From: Methanomicrobiales archaeon
Lineage (GTDB): Archaea > Halobacteriota > Methanomicrobia > Methanomicrobiales > Methanospirillaceae
Reading direction: 5' to 3'
Assembly (NCBI GenBank): GCA_037137755.1
Contig: JBAXJR010000030.1
Location: 1-28,991 of the forward strand
Length of the DNA stretch: 28,991 nucleotides
In this document: positions 9,947-20,384 of the stretch, in pieces
Layout of the letters: every line of letters begins with the position of its first letter
Numbering within the stretch: position 1 is the first letter of the stretch
Program-made: the position numbers and the translations under genes
Notes under the pieces: generated by a model
What the model saw: the letters and a program-made list of their open reading frames with translations, nothing else
What the model was told of the DNA's origin: nothing
Databases searched by the model: none

Positions 9947-10175
9947 TGTACAAACATAGTGGATTTTGATCGGTTAATTATTTTGATAAAAAATGCGGGG
10001 ATTTTTTTATAAATCTATTCATAAATGGGAATGACCCGTGAAGTTGCCGCAGTTATTCCCTGGAATTTTTTAGATGACTGCAAGCGGGGGTGGGCAACCT
10101 GGAGCATTCCTTCAATGGCAGCGTAAGAACCCATAACTTCCATAAAAGGGAATCATGTACAGGAAATGATCGAGA

Positions 10176-11453
10176 GTGGGGTGCCCGGTTTTGGATAACC
10201 GCGTATCCATTCAACAAGGTACTACCGGTGGGTGGGAGGTCCTCCGGGGCATTAGAAATGCCCGGGTGTATATCCGTACATTCGGCTGTACCTACAACCA
10301 TGGTGACACAAGGAAGCTTATTGAGGTCCTCCGGCACCAGGGATGCACGATATCCGCGACTCCCAACGGTGCAGATGTTATCATCATTAACAGTTGCACG
10401 GTTGTAGAAAGCACTGCACGAAAAGTGCTCCGTATGATAGGGGCATACCGTGATTCGCGGCTCTATATCACGGGTTGCATGCCTGCCGTGGAAGCTGACA
10501 GAATTCTTGCTGTCTGCACACCTGCATTTATTCCCCCGGGGTGCATCCAGGAAGCCTACAGGTTCCATCCTGTTATAGAAAAATCGACTACCGGGATTGT
10601 GCAGGTTGCCCGGGGGTGCCTTGGGAACTGCTCCTATTGCATCACGAGGAATGCCCGGGGACCTCTGGTAAGTTTTCCCGGCGAGGAGATTATCAGCCAG
10701 GTCAGGCAGCACATTACCTTAGGTGCGGTGGAAATCCAGCTCACCGCTCAGGACATCAGTGCATGGGGATATGATACCGGGGAATCACTCCCCCGACTTC
10801 TTGAAACTATATCTCAACTTCCAGGGGAATTCCGTGTCCGCATCGGTATGATGAACCCGGTTACGATCAGGCGTATAATGCCAGACCTTGTACAGGCGTT
10901 CCAGGGCGAAAAGATATTTCAGTTCATTCATATACCTATCCAGTCCGGTTCTGATGCGGTACTGGCACGGATGCGCAGGGGGTACACCGCCGCAGACTGT
11001 ATTGGTCTTATTGATACCTTCAGGCAACGGTTCCCGGATATAACTATCATGACTGACATGATTGTCGGGTTTCCCGGTGAATCTGAGGAAGACTTCCTGC
11101 AATCGCTTGATCTCGTTAAGAAAATCCGGCCGAACAAGGTGAACATCACCCGTTTTTCAAAACGCCAGGGTACTGACATGTATGTGGAACCTGATTATAC
11201 CGATTATATTAAGAAAAAGCGGTCGAGAATGATGAATGCCTGTTCTGAAGAGGTGTACCATGCCCAAAATGCCCCCTGGATTGGCAGGACCGTCCCCTTC
11301 ATTGTCACGGAGAAAATACGGGAAGGTTCTGTGGTTGCACGGACCCCGTCGTACCTTGGTGTAGTCCTTATGGAAGACCTGCCCCTTGGTTCTACCGGGA
11401 ATGCCATACTTACCGAAGAAAGAATGTATTATTTTGTAGGCTCAAGGATATGA
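10176..11453 (+). CDS. Radical SAM tRNA methylthiotransferase (MiaB-like, archaeal MtaB type)
   Basis: TFGCTYN, INSCTV and ITGCMP (UPF0004 domain); GCLGNCSYC (CxxxCxxC); IVGFPGE; TRAM-like C-terminus. Start uncertain (GTG 10176 or TTG 10191). Confidence 0.88.
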   Translation: MGCPVLDNRVSIQQGTTGGWEVLRGIRNARVYIRTFGCTYNHGDTRKLIEVLRHQGCTISATPNGADVIIINSCTVVESTARKVLRMIGAYRDSRLYITGCMPAVEADRILAVCTPAFIPPGCIQEAYRFHPVIEKSTTGIVQVARGCLGNCSYCITRNARGPLVSFPGEEIISQVRQHITLGAVEIQLTAQDISAWGYDTGESLPRLLETISQLPGEFRVRIGMMNPVTIRRIMPDLVQAFQGEKIFQFIHIPIQSGSDAVLARMRRGYTAADCIGLIDTFRQRFPDITIMTDMIVGFPGESEEDFLQSLDLVKKIRPNKVNITRFSKRQGTDMYVEPDYTDYIKKKRSRMMNACSEEVYHAQNAPWIGRTVPFIVTEKIREGSVVARTPSYLGVVLMEDLPLGSTGNAILTEERMYYFVGSRI

Positions 11454-11718
11454 GCCCATTACTGCCTGGGCATTAGTAAGATCCCTCGTTTCGGTGGCCG
11501 TTGGTATGCAATACCTCCTGCTTTCCGTATTTATCCTGACAATTTGCGTTGCAGAGAACTCTCCGCTGATGCATCTGAATGCACCCCTTATCATATCGCA
11601 TCATATGGTTTATTGCCTGGGAATATGATAATCCAGGGGATTCCTGGAACCTATATTTTCATCATCTGCCTTCGCCAAATGAGATTGGAACGATCAACCG
11701 GAAAATGAGGATACTGAC

Positions 11719-12249
11719 ATGGACGAAATAGAGGCTGGGTTTACAAAGTTAACTGAAAAAATCGATGAAATGACGAAAAGTACGGATGAGGCAGCAAAGA
11801 AAATCAAGGAAAACGACGCGGTCCTGATGGAAAAAATGGCTGGAATGGCTCTGCCAGTCATCCAGTCCATCGGCCTTAACATGCTGGAAAAAGGGAAACA
11901 GCAGGGCAGCGGTGAATTATATGACACGGTCTTTTACCCGCAGAAGATGATTGTCCTCGGGAAAACCGATCCGGTCAAATTCAGGCTGGATGATATCAAT
12001 AAAAAAGTAGATGACCAATTCTGCCTCCTTTCAGAGGACGGGAAATTTTACGAGATCATGTACAGTTCCGATGGGTTTCTGGTCGACTCTTACCTCAACC
12101 CGCTTACCACGCGTGAAGTACTCGACCTCTACGGGTACGAAATCATGTTCATGCTCTACCGTGCACTACATGACTATCTTAAAAACCAGGATGCACTTCT
12201 TGAAGCTCTTGAAAAGACGATTAACTTTATTTTCGCAAAAGAGGAATAA
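11719..12249 (+). CDS. Hypothetical protein with coiled-coil N-terminus
   Basis: 176-aa ORF with GAGG RBS upstream and protein-like composition; no motif recognised. Confidence 0.7.
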   Translation: MDEIEAGFTKLTEKIDEMTKSTDEAAKKIKENDAVLMEKMAGMALPVIQSIGLNMLEKGKQQGSGELYDTVFYPQKMIVLGKTDPVKFRLDDINKKVDDQFCLLSEDGKFYEIMYSSDGFLVDSYLNPLTTREVLDLYGYEIMFMLYRALHDYLKNQDALLEALEKTINFIFAKEE

Positions 12250-12273
12250 CCGGTCCTGTTGACATTTTTTATG

Positions 12274-12307
12274 ACCCTGCAGGTTTTCCAACAAAACCTG
12301 ATAGGGT
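12274..12307. terminator. Possible terminator hairpin between convergent genes
   Basis: ACCCT-G-CAGGTTTT-CCAAC-AAAACCTG-AT-AGGGT inverted repeat with neighbouring T/A tracts. Confidence 0.35.
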
Positions 12308-12348
12308 AATTTTTTCTGGTCAGGAAAAAAGAAATTGTAATTTTCCGC

Positions 12349-12810
12349 TCACTTTTTCTCTTTCCAGTCAAATGTAGGAAACATCGGCTTCAGCAGGTCA
12401 TCATCGCTGTACAGCGCCGAGAGATGAAACGACTTATTATATTTCCTTCCGTTTCTATCTTCAAATTCCACGATAGCTCTTACCTCGTTTACCATCTGCG
12501 GTAGTTCATACGTGAACTTTCCGTCCACCGCAAGTTCAGGGACCAGGAATTCAATGTCGAGCGGGACAAGGGAAACCTCAATGTTCTGTATCAGTGTGTT
12601 CCCCCTGTTTACCACGGTAATGACTTTTGCGCTTTCAGAAAGGACGACCGCCAGATCGGTAAGCCGTTCTGAGTCCTGGAAGATCTGGAAGGACATTGCA
12701 AGGGTAATTACAAGGATTACTGCAATACCGGTCAGGTAGATACTGATTACTGCCAGCAGGGCGCTTATAATCAGTCCTGCCACGATGATTGCGATCTGGT
12801 TCCGCTTCAT
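12349..12810 (-). CDS. Hypothetical membrane protein
   Basis: Two N-terminal hydrophobic helices followed by a beta-rich, Ig/CARDB-like segment (VVNRGNTLIQNIEV). Confidence 0.7.
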   Translation of the reverse strand: MKRNQIAIIVAGLIISALLAVISIYLTGIAVILVITLAMSFQIFQDSERLTDLAVVLSESAKVITVVNRGNTLIQNIEVSLVPLDIEFLVPELAVDGKFTYELPQMVNEVRAIVEFEDRNGRKYNKSFHLSALYSDDDLLKPMFPTFDWKEKK

Positions 12811-12840
12811 AAAAGATCAAAAACCCAAAAATATAATGAA

Positions 12841-12914
12841 TGGGCCCGATGTGATTCGAACACATGACCTCCCGGTTATCAGCCGGGCGCACCACCGGGC
12901 TATGCTACGGGCCC
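12841..12914 (-). tRNA. tRNA-Ile(GAT)
   Basis: Reverse complement GGGCCCG...CCCGG-CT-GAT-AA-CCGGG...ATGTG-TTCGAAT-CACAT-CGGGCCC-A gives a full 74-nt cloverleaf; CCA not encoded. Confidence 0.96.
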
Positions 12915-13035
12915 ACAAGAGTTGACTATTAATTTAGTGTACGGGAGTTTTTATAGGTTGTGAATCGAGGGTGAAAACGGTACATTAAAACCCCATGATT
13001 GTGGTACTCTTGAAAGTACAAGCGGAAATGTGATC

Positions 13036-14805
13036 ATGGAACGACGTTATCTTCTAGGAAATGAGGCAATAGCTCATGCCTGTCTTGAATCACCCGTGGA
13101 TTTTATCTGCGGATATCCTGGAACTCCTTCTTCGGAGGTCGTGGACATCCTGCGGGGACGACCGGAACGCCCTTATTATATAGAGTGGTCCGTGAACGAA
13201 AAAGTGGCCCTTGAAAACGCCCTCGGCGCAGCCTGGTGCGGTATCCGTGCGTTGTGCACGATGAAACACGTCGGCCTGAATGTGGCCGCAGACCCGTTAA
13301 TGACAAGCAGTTATACCGGTGTAACCGGCGGGCTTGTGATCATGAGCGCGGATGACCCGTTCGCGCACAGTTCCCAGAATGAACAGGACAGCCGGATGTA
13401 TGCGAAGTTCGCAAAAGTCCCCTGCTTTGACCCGGGTACGATCCAGGAGGCCCATGACATGGTCAGGGATGCCTTTGGTTTCTCTGAGGAAACCGGCCTT
13501 CCTGTAATATTCCGGCCGACCACCAGGATCTGTCACTCCAAGGGGGATGTAACCTTGGGGGACCTGAGGGTATCAGAGCGCACAGGGCAGTTCAACAAAG
13601 ACCCACGGCAGTATGTGGTAATCCCTGCCCATACACGTGTCCTGCATAAAAAACTGAATGAAAAACAGGCCCCTATTAAAAAACGTCTTGTTGAGCTTGG
13701 TTATAACAAGGCCGAAGTGCGGGGCAGGGATGCCATAATCGCAAGTGGTATCGCTGCATCGTACGTTTCTGAAATCATACCCCCTACGACATCCTTTGCA
13801 AAAATTGGGGCGTACCCCATTGACGAAGAGTGGCTCAAGGAGTTCGTCAGGCGCCATGAACGGGTGCTTGTTATAGAAGAATTGTCACCATTCGTGGAGG
13901 AAGAAGTATTGCAGGTCGCCGGGATGATCCCGGTATTCGGGAAGAAAAGCGGAAATGCGCCCTATGAAGGTGAGCTTTCTCCGGCCGCTGTGGGCAGGAT
14001 TATGAAATCAGCGGGATTTGAGGCAAATATTGTCTATCCTGAGGCGAATCCCCTTCCTGATGTCCCCCCCCGCCCCCCGATCCTCTGTGCCGGCTGCATG
14101 CACAGGGCTGCATTTTACGCGATAAAAAAGGTATTCCGGGACGGTATATTTCCAAGTGATATCGGGTGCTATACTCTTGGACTTCAGTTGGGCGGGGTTG
14201 ATACCACCATCTGTATGGGTGCCTCCATCACCGTGGCGAGTGGTATTGCCCATTCCGGTGAGAAACGGGATGTTGTCTGCACGATCGGGGACTCAACGTT
14301 TCTTCACACCGGGATCCAGGGCCTCATGAATGCTGTGTACAATAACGCAACGATCACCGTGGTGATCCTAGATAACCGGATTACGGCAATGACTGGTCAC
14401 CAGCCCAATCCCTCGACAGGGATTACGGCCTGCGGGGTCCCGGTCCCACCGGTTTCACTTGAATCTATCTGTCGCTCCTGTGGCGTATCATTTGTTGAGA
14501 CGGTCGATCCCTATAACCTGACGATCATGATAAATGCCTTAAAAGAAGCAAAAGAACGGCCCGGTGTGAAAGTTGTGATCGCACGCCACCCCTGCGTGAT
14601 CTCTGCAAGGCGGGCAGGTATATCGAGACGGCCCTATGAAATCGATACTGGGAAGTGTAATGGCTGCGGGACCTGTGTCAGGTTCGGATGTCCGGCGATT
14701 GAGATGGCCGGTGAAACCGCAGTTATCACGACAGGGTGCAACGGATGCTCCCTCTGTGCACAAATATGTCCGTCAGGGGCCATCACGCCGGGGGGAAGGA
14801 AATGA
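13036..14805 (+). CDS. iorA: Indolepyruvate:ferredoxin oxidoreductase alpha subunit
   Basis: LLGNEAIA, GYPGTPSSE, NEKVALE, MKHVGLNVAAD, LCAGCMHR, SDIGCY, IGDSTF (TPP motif), C-terminal ferredoxin CxxCxxC motifs. Confidence 0.95.
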   Translation: MERRYLLGNEAIAHACLESPVDFICGYPGTPSSEVVDILRGRPERPYYIEWSVNEKVALENALGAAWCGIRALCTMKHVGLNVAADPLMTSSYTGVTGGLVIMSADDPFAHSSQNEQDSRMYAKFAKVPCFDPGTIQEAHDMVRDAFGFSEETGLPVIFRPTTRICHSKGDVTLGDLRVSERTGQFNKDPRQYVVIPAHTRVLHKKLNEKQAPIKKRLVELGYNKAEVRGRDAIIASGIAASYVSEIIPPTTSFAKIGAYPIDEEWLKEFVRRHERVLVIEELSPFVEEEVLQVAGMIPVFGKKSGNAPYEGELSPAAVGRIMKSAGFEANIVYPEANPLPDVPPRPPILCAGCMHRAAFYAIKKVFRDGIFPSDIGCYTLGLQLGGVDTTICMGASITVASGIAHSGEKRDVVCTIGDSTFLHTGIQGLMNAVYNNATITVVILDNRITAMTGHQPNPSTGITACGVPVPPVSLESICRSCGVSFVETVDPYNLTIMINALKEAKERPGVKVVIARHPCVISARRAGISRRPYEIDTGKCNGCGTCVRFGCPAIEMAGETAVITTGCNGCSLCAQICPSGAITPGGRK

Positions 14806-15386
14806 AGGAGAGTTATGATATCCTGGTTGTCGGTATTGGCGGGCAGGGGACGATCCTCGCATCAAATATCCTTGGTGAAGCATGCATGATTGAAAACCGG
14901 CCGGTAAAAGGTGCCGAGACCCATGGTATGGCACAACGGGGGGGCTCAGTGGAGAGCCACATCCGGGTAGACGGGCATTTTGGCCCGCTTATTGCACCAG
15001 GCACAGCCGATCTCATTCTCGCGTTCGATCTGCTTGAGGCATTCCGGTATTCTTATTTTCTCCGGCCAGGTGGGAAAATTATCACCAACAGCCGCCTGGT
15101 AGTACCGACTTCTGTATTCATGCAGGGCCTCCCGGTCCCGACCGAACGGGAAATACTCGGGCGCCTTTCGGACTATGAAATCTGCATAATCGATGCCGAA
15201 GGTCTGGCAAAGGAGGCGGGCAGTCCGTTAACCCAGAATATTGTTATGATGGGTGCCGCATCACAGTTCCTGCCTCTGAAACAGGAATCACTTGTCGAGT
15301 CAGTCCGCCGTCTTGTCCCGCCGAAAACACTGGAGGCCAACCTGAAGGCATACGAACTGGGAAGAAAGGCAGGTAGTTCCTGTTGA
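14802..15386 (+). CDS. iorB: Indolepyruvate:ferredoxin oxidoreductase beta subunit
   Basis: GIGGQG and ETHGMAQRGGSV; ATGA overlap with iorA at 14802. Confidence 0.95.
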   Translation: MKESYDILVVGIGGQGTILASNILGEACMIENRPVKGAETHGMAQRGGSVESHIRVDGHFGPLIAPGTADLILAFDLLEAFRYSYFLRPGGKIITNSRLVVPTSVFMQGLPVPTEREILGRLSDYEICIIDAEGLAKEAGSPLTQNIVMMGAASQFLPLKQESLVESVRRLVPPKTLEANLKAYELGRKAGSSC

Positions 15387-15405
15387 ACGGGGCCCGGGGA
15401 TAATT

Positions 15406-16149
15406 TTGAACAGCAGGGATCTCGGGCCATACCAGGAGGACCGGATATACGAGGGGGATGCGACCCTGCTGATACGCCACCTCCCCTGCTCGAGTATTGA
15501 CCTCATTGTTACAGATCCCCCTTTCGCCATCGACTTTCGTGCCCAGCGCCTGAACTACAACCGTACCGGGTCCAACGTCCTCGAAGGGTACCAGGAGATA
15601 GCGGGTGATGAATACGAATCATTTACCCGGGAATGGATGTCAGAGGCCTATCGTGTCCTTTCCCCATCCGGAAGCATGTACGTGTTCTCCGGCTGGAACC
15701 ACTTAAAAGATATCCTTGACGGTCTCGACAGGGCGGGTTTTACCACGCAGAACCACCTCATATGGAAATACCAGTTCGGTGTTTTTACGAAGAAAAAGTA
15801 TGTCACAAGCCATTATCATGTCCTTTTTGTTGTGAAAGACCGGAAGCGGTACACGTTCAACAAAGTGGAGCACTACCCGGAGGATGTCTGGGATATAAAG
15901 CGTGAATACTGGAAAGGAAGGAAAAAAACACCGACAAAACTGCCATCCGAGATCGTCCGGAAAATCCTTCGTTTCTCGAGCAACCCGGAGGATGTAGTAC
16001 TCGACCCGTTTCTTGGTTCGGGGACTGTTGCTGTCACCGCAAAAGAGATGGGACGACATTTTATCGGGTTTGAGGTTGTCGGGGAGTACCTTTCCTTTGC
16101 GAATGAACGCCTCTCCGAAACCGGCTGGAGCTCCTATCCGGGTACCTGA
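15406..16149 (+). CDS. DNA amino-methyltransferase (N6/N4, beta class), orphan
   Basis: Motif IV DPPF precedes motif I VLDPFLGSGT; HLIWKY, DVW and PTKLP also present. Confidence 0.88.
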   Translation: MNSRDLGPYQEDRIYEGDATLLIRHLPCSSIDLIVTDPPFAIDFRAQRLNYNRTGSNVLEGYQEIAGDEYESFTREWMSEAYRVLSPSGSMYVFSGWNHLKDILDGLDRAGFTTQNHLIWKYQFGVFTKKKYVTSHYHVLFVVKDRKRYTFNKVEHYPEDVWDIKREYWKGRKKTPTKLPSEIVRKILRFSSNPEDVVLDPFLGSGTVAVTAKEMGRHFIGFEVVGEYLSFANERLSETGWSSYPGT

Positions 16150-16222
16150 TCTTTGTCAGGCACATGCAGGCACCCCCGGGTACCGGGTGTAAACTGCCCT
16201 TGGGATCTCTGCAAAAAGTGAA

Positions 16223-16309
16223 CGCTGAGGGGGAGATTTGAACTCCCGAGGGGCTGGACGCCCCACAGGCTTTCCAGGCCTGCGCCTTACCGGACTAGAC
16301 AACCTCAGC
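16223..16309 (-). tRNA. tRNA-Ser(GGA)
   Basis: Reverse complement GCTGAGG...CAGGC-CT-GGA-AA-GCCTG, long variable arm GGGGC/GCCCC, TTCAAAT loop, CCTCAGC-G; 87 nt. Confidence 0.95.
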
Positions 16310-16479
16310 AAAAGTGTATCCCTAGTATTACATCGGTATTTTTTTAATGCTATCTCCCCGGACCTCACCGGGAGACCCGGGATACCAACGGTTAACCGTG
16401 GTACAGGGATGTTCGCGCCCACCAGGGGTATGTCCGCAATGTCCCTGGCTCTTGAAGAATGGTTGCGTTTCCGTGAATT

Positions 16480-17415
16480 TTATGGACTGACGGTGGGCTT
16501 ATGGGTTTTCCACCCTTTTGCATAGGTCCCCGGCAGCATAAATACAATTCTCGGCGCGACAACGAGCCCCGTTTTCCCCGGGATTATCCTTGATGAATCA
16601 AGCAGGGCCTCTCCGATACCGACAAATTCCCCGGCTTCGGTTTTAATTGCGATTAATTCCTTTTTCTTAAACTGTCCAGTCCGGACCACGCCCACCCCGG
16701 CGAGCGCAGCCCCCCTGACCACCGCATCTACTGCAGAGTCCCGGATGGTGATTCCCGGGTGATCATGTACTCCGGCTTCAATTGGCTGAACCATCTGCCT
16801 GAGCAACGAATTGTCCCCTTTCGATAAGTACGATATGGCGTCAGCAAGGTCATGGAGGGTGTAGGCATCTCCTTCATTAAATGCACCTGACTTCGTCCTC
16901 CTGAGTTCCTGCATATGTGCTCCTGTCCCAAGGGCCAGGCCGACATGGTGGCAGAGGGAACGGATATAGGTCCCCGCATCGCACGTAACCCTGAACAGGA
17001 CGAGCCGTCCTTCGATATCAAGGATGGTGAGGGAATGGATGGTCCTGATCCGGAGGTTCCGTGCAACGGCACTTCTCCGTGGTGGCCTCTGGTATATTCT
17101 CCCGGTGAACTCCTCCATTACTTCATCCAGGCGCTGTCGTGTCGTATCCCCATGGAGCCTCATCAGGCAGACATATTCTTTTTTGTGCTGAAGGAGGAGG
17201 GGGGCGAGTCGTACTGCCCTGCCGAGCATGACCAGCAGGACCCCGGATACCTGGGGGTCGAGGGTCCCAGCGTGCCCCACGTGAACCCCGCCGAGCATTT
17301 TTCCCACCCATGCTGTCACCTGGTGACTGGAGGGGCCCCTCGGTTTGTCGATAACAAGTATGCCTGATGGTAGTGCTGCATCCGGAACCGCCTTTTGTGG
17401 GTCCGGCCTGTTCAT
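16480..17415 (-). CDS. cbf5: H/ACA RNA-guided pseudouridine synthase Cbf5 (TruB family)
   Basis: IDKPRGPSSHQV, GHAGTLDPQVSG, YQRPPRRSAV, AGTYIRSLC, MQELRRT and a PUA domain. ATG 17415 has GGTGA upstream. Confidence 0.94.
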   Translation of the reverse strand: MNRPDPQKAVPDAALPSGILVIDKPRGPSSHQVTAWVGKMLGGVHVGHAGTLDPQVSGVLLVMLGRAVRLAPLLLQHKKEYVCLMRLHGDTTRQRLDEVMEEFTGRIYQRPPRRSAVARNLRIRTIHSLTILDIEGRLVLFRVTCDAGTYIRSLCHHVGLALGTGAHMQELRRTKSGAFNEGDAYTLHDLADAISYLSKGDNSLLRQMVQPIEAGVHDHPGITIRDSAVDAVVRGAALAGVGVVRTGQFKKKELIAIKTEAGEFVGIGEALLDSSRIIPGKTGLVVAPRIVFMLPGTYAKGWKTHKPTVSP

Positions 17416-17460
17416 TTCGGTCACCAGGGGATACTCTGCCTTCAATTTCCCGCCTTTCGA

Positions 17461-18150
17461 TTATTCTGACTTTTTCTGGTATTCATTCAGCTTCTGGAGT
17501 GTCCCTTCAAGTGATCCATCGCCGACCACATCGGGGCGTATGTGGTCTGCCACCATTACGGACGCTGTGACATCACCAATCGCAATAACCAGTAGTTCAG
17601 GGATCCGTTTCCATTTAGCCTGTTTAAATGACATTGCGCTGGTAAAAAGGATTGCTTCTGCACCCTTAAGGTCCAGCACCTGCCCGGTCGGTACAAGCGA
17701 GTAACACCTGATCTCGGTGGCGATTCCCCCTGCCTTTAAAATCGCCTCAAGAAGGTCGGGGTTAGGGACATCAGCCCTGGGTATACCAATTCTCTTCCCC
17801 TTGATCCAGTTCCCCAGGTAGGGGACGAAATCCCGGGAATAATATGTCGGGAGCGTTTCGCAGTCAACACCGTGGGATTTCAGGATCCTTGCTGTTTGCG
17901 GGCCGATTGCAATCACCCGTGGCCGCCGGGTGATGAGTGGCGCAATTATCTGGGCTGGCAGTGCGCTCGTGAAGAATATGCAGTCAAAATCATCCCGTTC
18001 AACAGCCTTTACAAAAGATGCGACCCTGTCGTCGTGGACCTTCGCGGTCAGTGGAGAGACTATGAAGCATTCGTGGCCATAACGGGCACAATACTCCTTA
18101 TCCTTCTCCTCCTTACCCTTCAGCCGTGTGATCGCGATCTTCATTGCCAT
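17461..18150 (-). CDS. hemD: Uroporphyrinogen-III synthase
   Basis: KIAITR, IFFTSA, AIGPQTA, LFTSA, AIGDVTA. ATG 18150 follows GAGGGGTGA. Confidence 0.88.
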   Translation of the reverse strand: MAMKIAITRLKGKEEKDKEYCARYGHECFIVSPLTAKVHDDRVASFVKAVERDDFDCIFFTSALPAQIIAPLITRRPRVIAIGPQTARILKSHGVDCETLPTYYSRDFVPYLGNWIKGKRIGIPRADVPNPDLLEAILKAGGIATEIRCYSLVPTGQVLDLKGAEAILFTSAMSFKQAKWKRIPELLVIAIGDVTASVMVADHIRPDVVGDGSLEGTLQKLNEYQKKSE

Positions 18151-18221
18151 ATCATCACCCCTCTCATATATCACAGTATGTATTTCGATTCCTTTATCCC
18201 CGGTCTTCCCAAGCGTACCGT

Positions 18222-19433
18222 GTGATCGGGATCGTCGCCGGTACACTGGCAGGGGTATTTCTCGGGATAATCAGCGGGCTTTTTCCCGGGGTACACTCAA
18301 ATACGCTTGCGGCCTCCCTGCTCGGTATGCAGGCCTTCCTCCTTCCTGTCATAGGTGTTGAAGCGCTGGCTGCGACAATGTTTGCAGCGTTAATCACGCA
18401 CACGTTCCTTGACAGCATCCCGAGCACCTTTCTCGGCATCCCGGATCCTGATACCGCGCTATCCGTCCTCCCTTCCCATATGCTCTGCCTTGAAGGCAAA
18501 GGGCAGGAGGCAGTGAGGATTGCGGCACTTGGCAGTGCCTGTGCAGTGATACTGGCAATACCCCTGTCAATACTCCTGTTCTTCCTCCTCCCGCCGCTCC
18601 AACCGTTCCTTGACTGGTGGGTGGGTATCATACTGGTTGCTGTTGTCGGGTACCTTATACTAGAGTGTGAGTCCCCGGTATGGGCTGTGGTGATTTTCGG
18701 CATATCCGGCCTTCTCGGGATATTCACAATCCGGTACGCATATCTCGGGTGGCATACGCTGGGAGAATCCGGGGTGCTGATGCCCCTGCTGACCGGGATG
18801 TTCGGGATATCTGTACTCCTGTTCTCATCACGGGGGCCTGTACCGGAACAGCGTTTCAGCGGGATTGGGATGACACCGGGCGAGATCGGGAAAGGGACGG
18901 TTATCGGAACTATTGCCGGTACCATCGTAGGGTGGCTTCCCGGGCTTTCGAATGCAACCGCAAATGCGGTTCTTTGCTCGAAAACAGACTACAGGAGGGA
19001 CAGGAGGGCGTATATATTCTCCACGAGTGCGGCAAACACAGCAAATGCAATTATCGGGCTTGCCGCCCTGTTCGCAATCGGCAGAGAGCGGAATGGCGTT
19101 ATGGTAGCTATTTCATCGGTCGGGGCACCTTCTATGGCCTCCCTACTGGTATCAGGTGCGCTTGCCGCCTGCCTGGCATACCTTATTACCGTGTGGTTGT
19201 CAGGGTATGCCGACCGCCTGAACGGGATAGATGGGAAGGTACTGAATTATACTGCAATCGTGCTGATTATCCTGATCAGTTTCCTTATTGCCGGGCCGTT
19301 CGGCCTCTTCATACTGGCACTCGCGATCATTGTGGGCTTTATCCCACAGATGGTCAATATTTCCAGAGTGTTCTGCATGGGGGCGATAATGGTGCCGGTA
19401 ATCCTCTATTCATTTGGAATTGGTGGTTTCTGA
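18222..19433 (+). CDS. TctA-family (DUF112) permease
   Basis: SGLFPGVHSN, FLDSIPSTFLGIPD, LPSH and GWLPG; many TM helices. Start moved to GTG 18222 to avoid overlapping hemD. Confidence 0.82.
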   Translation: MIGIVAGTLAGVFLGIISGLFPGVHSNTLAASLLGMQAFLLPVIGVEALAATMFAALITHTFLDSIPSTFLGIPDPDTALSVLPSHMLCLEGKGQEAVRIAALGSACAVILAIPLSILLFFLLPPLQPFLDWWVGIILVAVVGYLILECESPVWAVVIFGISGLLGIFTIRYAYLGWHTLGESGVLMPLLTGMFGISVLLFSSRGPVPEQRFSGIGMTPGEIGKGTVIGTIAGTIVGWLPGLSNATANAVLCSKTDYRRDRRAYIFSTSAANTANAIIGLAALFAIGRERNGVMVAISSVGAPSMASLLVSGALAACLAYLITVWLSGYADRLNGIDGKVLNYTAIVLIILISFLIAGPFGLFILALAIIVGFIPQMVNISRVFCMGAIMVPVILYSFGIGGF

Positions 19434-19523
19434 AAGGGTACTATCTTGGAGGGCCTGAAAGCCCCCTGGCCCCGGGACGATCATGTACATAGTATAATAG
19501 TTCGGAATAACCCAGTTATTGCC

Positions 19524-20384
19524 ATGCAGTCATACTGGTTTGGCGAGGTAGATGAAAATGGGTGTACTCCCTGCCGGGGTGGGCCGGAGATCCTGGCAAA
19601 ACGGCTGGAAACCATTAAAATCTCTCCTGGCAGGTTCATCCCGTTCGACTGGAGAAATGCGGGGAACTGCAGTTTTACCCCTGACCGTGGGGAATATATA
19701 AGGAAATTACGGGAGCTCTGCTTTTACCTCGCCGAAGCGGCTATTACCCGGCAGTATGAAAGCCGGGATGCAGAACTGCTGCAGATGGTGCGGACTCTTG
19801 ACCAGATGGATGACGTCTCAAATGTACTGACTGAGCGGGCACTCGAGTGGCACCGGATAACCAACCCTGGCTTTTCCAGGAAATACATGCGCCTTCCAAA
19901 GCAGAAACTGCTCCCGATGATGAAACGGGGTGGGAGCCCCGCTTTCCGGCAGGTTATCAACGAGATTGAAAACCTCGCTTCTGCACGGACGGCACTCATG
20001 AAGGAAGTATCACGGCGTGCGGATGAGGTGGTGCCGAACTGCAGCGCCCTCCTTGGCGGACTCGTTGCTGCACGGCTGGTTTCACAGGCAGGGAGCCTTT
20101 CAACACTTTCAAGGCTTCCCGGAAGTTCAATACAGGTACTTGGGGCACGTACTGCCCTTTTCTCGCACATGAGGGGTGGTACGCCGCCACCAAAACACGG
20201 GATTATTTTCCAGCACCGGAGGGTCCACAATGCGCCGAAGGAGGTCAGGGGGAAGGTGGCACGGGTGCTTGCTGCAAAACTCGCCATAGCGGCACGTCTT
20301 GACCAGTACCGGCAGGAGGCAGCCCCCGAGTTCATCGAAGCTGCACAGGCTGCGATCGATAATGCCGGGAGGACCCAAACATGA
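19524..20384 (+). CDS. nop5: Box C/D sRNP protein Nop5 (Nop56/58)
   Basis: PNCSALLGGLVAARLV, LPGSSIQVLGARTALF, PPKHGIIFQH, RGKVARVLAAKLAIAARLD. Confidence 0.92.
   Translation: MQSYWFGEVDENGCTPCRGGPEILAKRLETIKISPGRFIPFDWRNAGNCSFTPDRGEYIRKLRELCFYLAEAAITRQYESRDAELLQMVRTLDQMDDVSNVLTERALEWHRITNPGFSRKYMRLPKQKLLPMMKRGGSPAFRQVINEIENLASARTALMKEVSRRADEVVPNCSALLGGLVAARLVSQAGSLSTLSRLPGSSIQVLGARTALFSHMRGGTPPPKHGIIFQHRRVHNAPKEVRGKVARVLAAKLAIAARLDQYRQEAAPEFIEAAQAAIDNAGRTQT

Noticed and set aside
11454-11718. Possible ncRNA in this intergenic gap
   Set aside because: Only a weak hairpin (TCCAGG...CCTGGA); no convincing C/D, H/ACA or riboswitch pattern.
12635-12895. ORF 12635-12895 (-)
   Set aside because: Overlaps tRNA-Ile and the real 12349-12810 gene.
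16156-16525. ORFs 16156-16422 (-) and 16238-16525 (+)
   Set aside because: They overlap tRNA-Ser and show no protein motifs.
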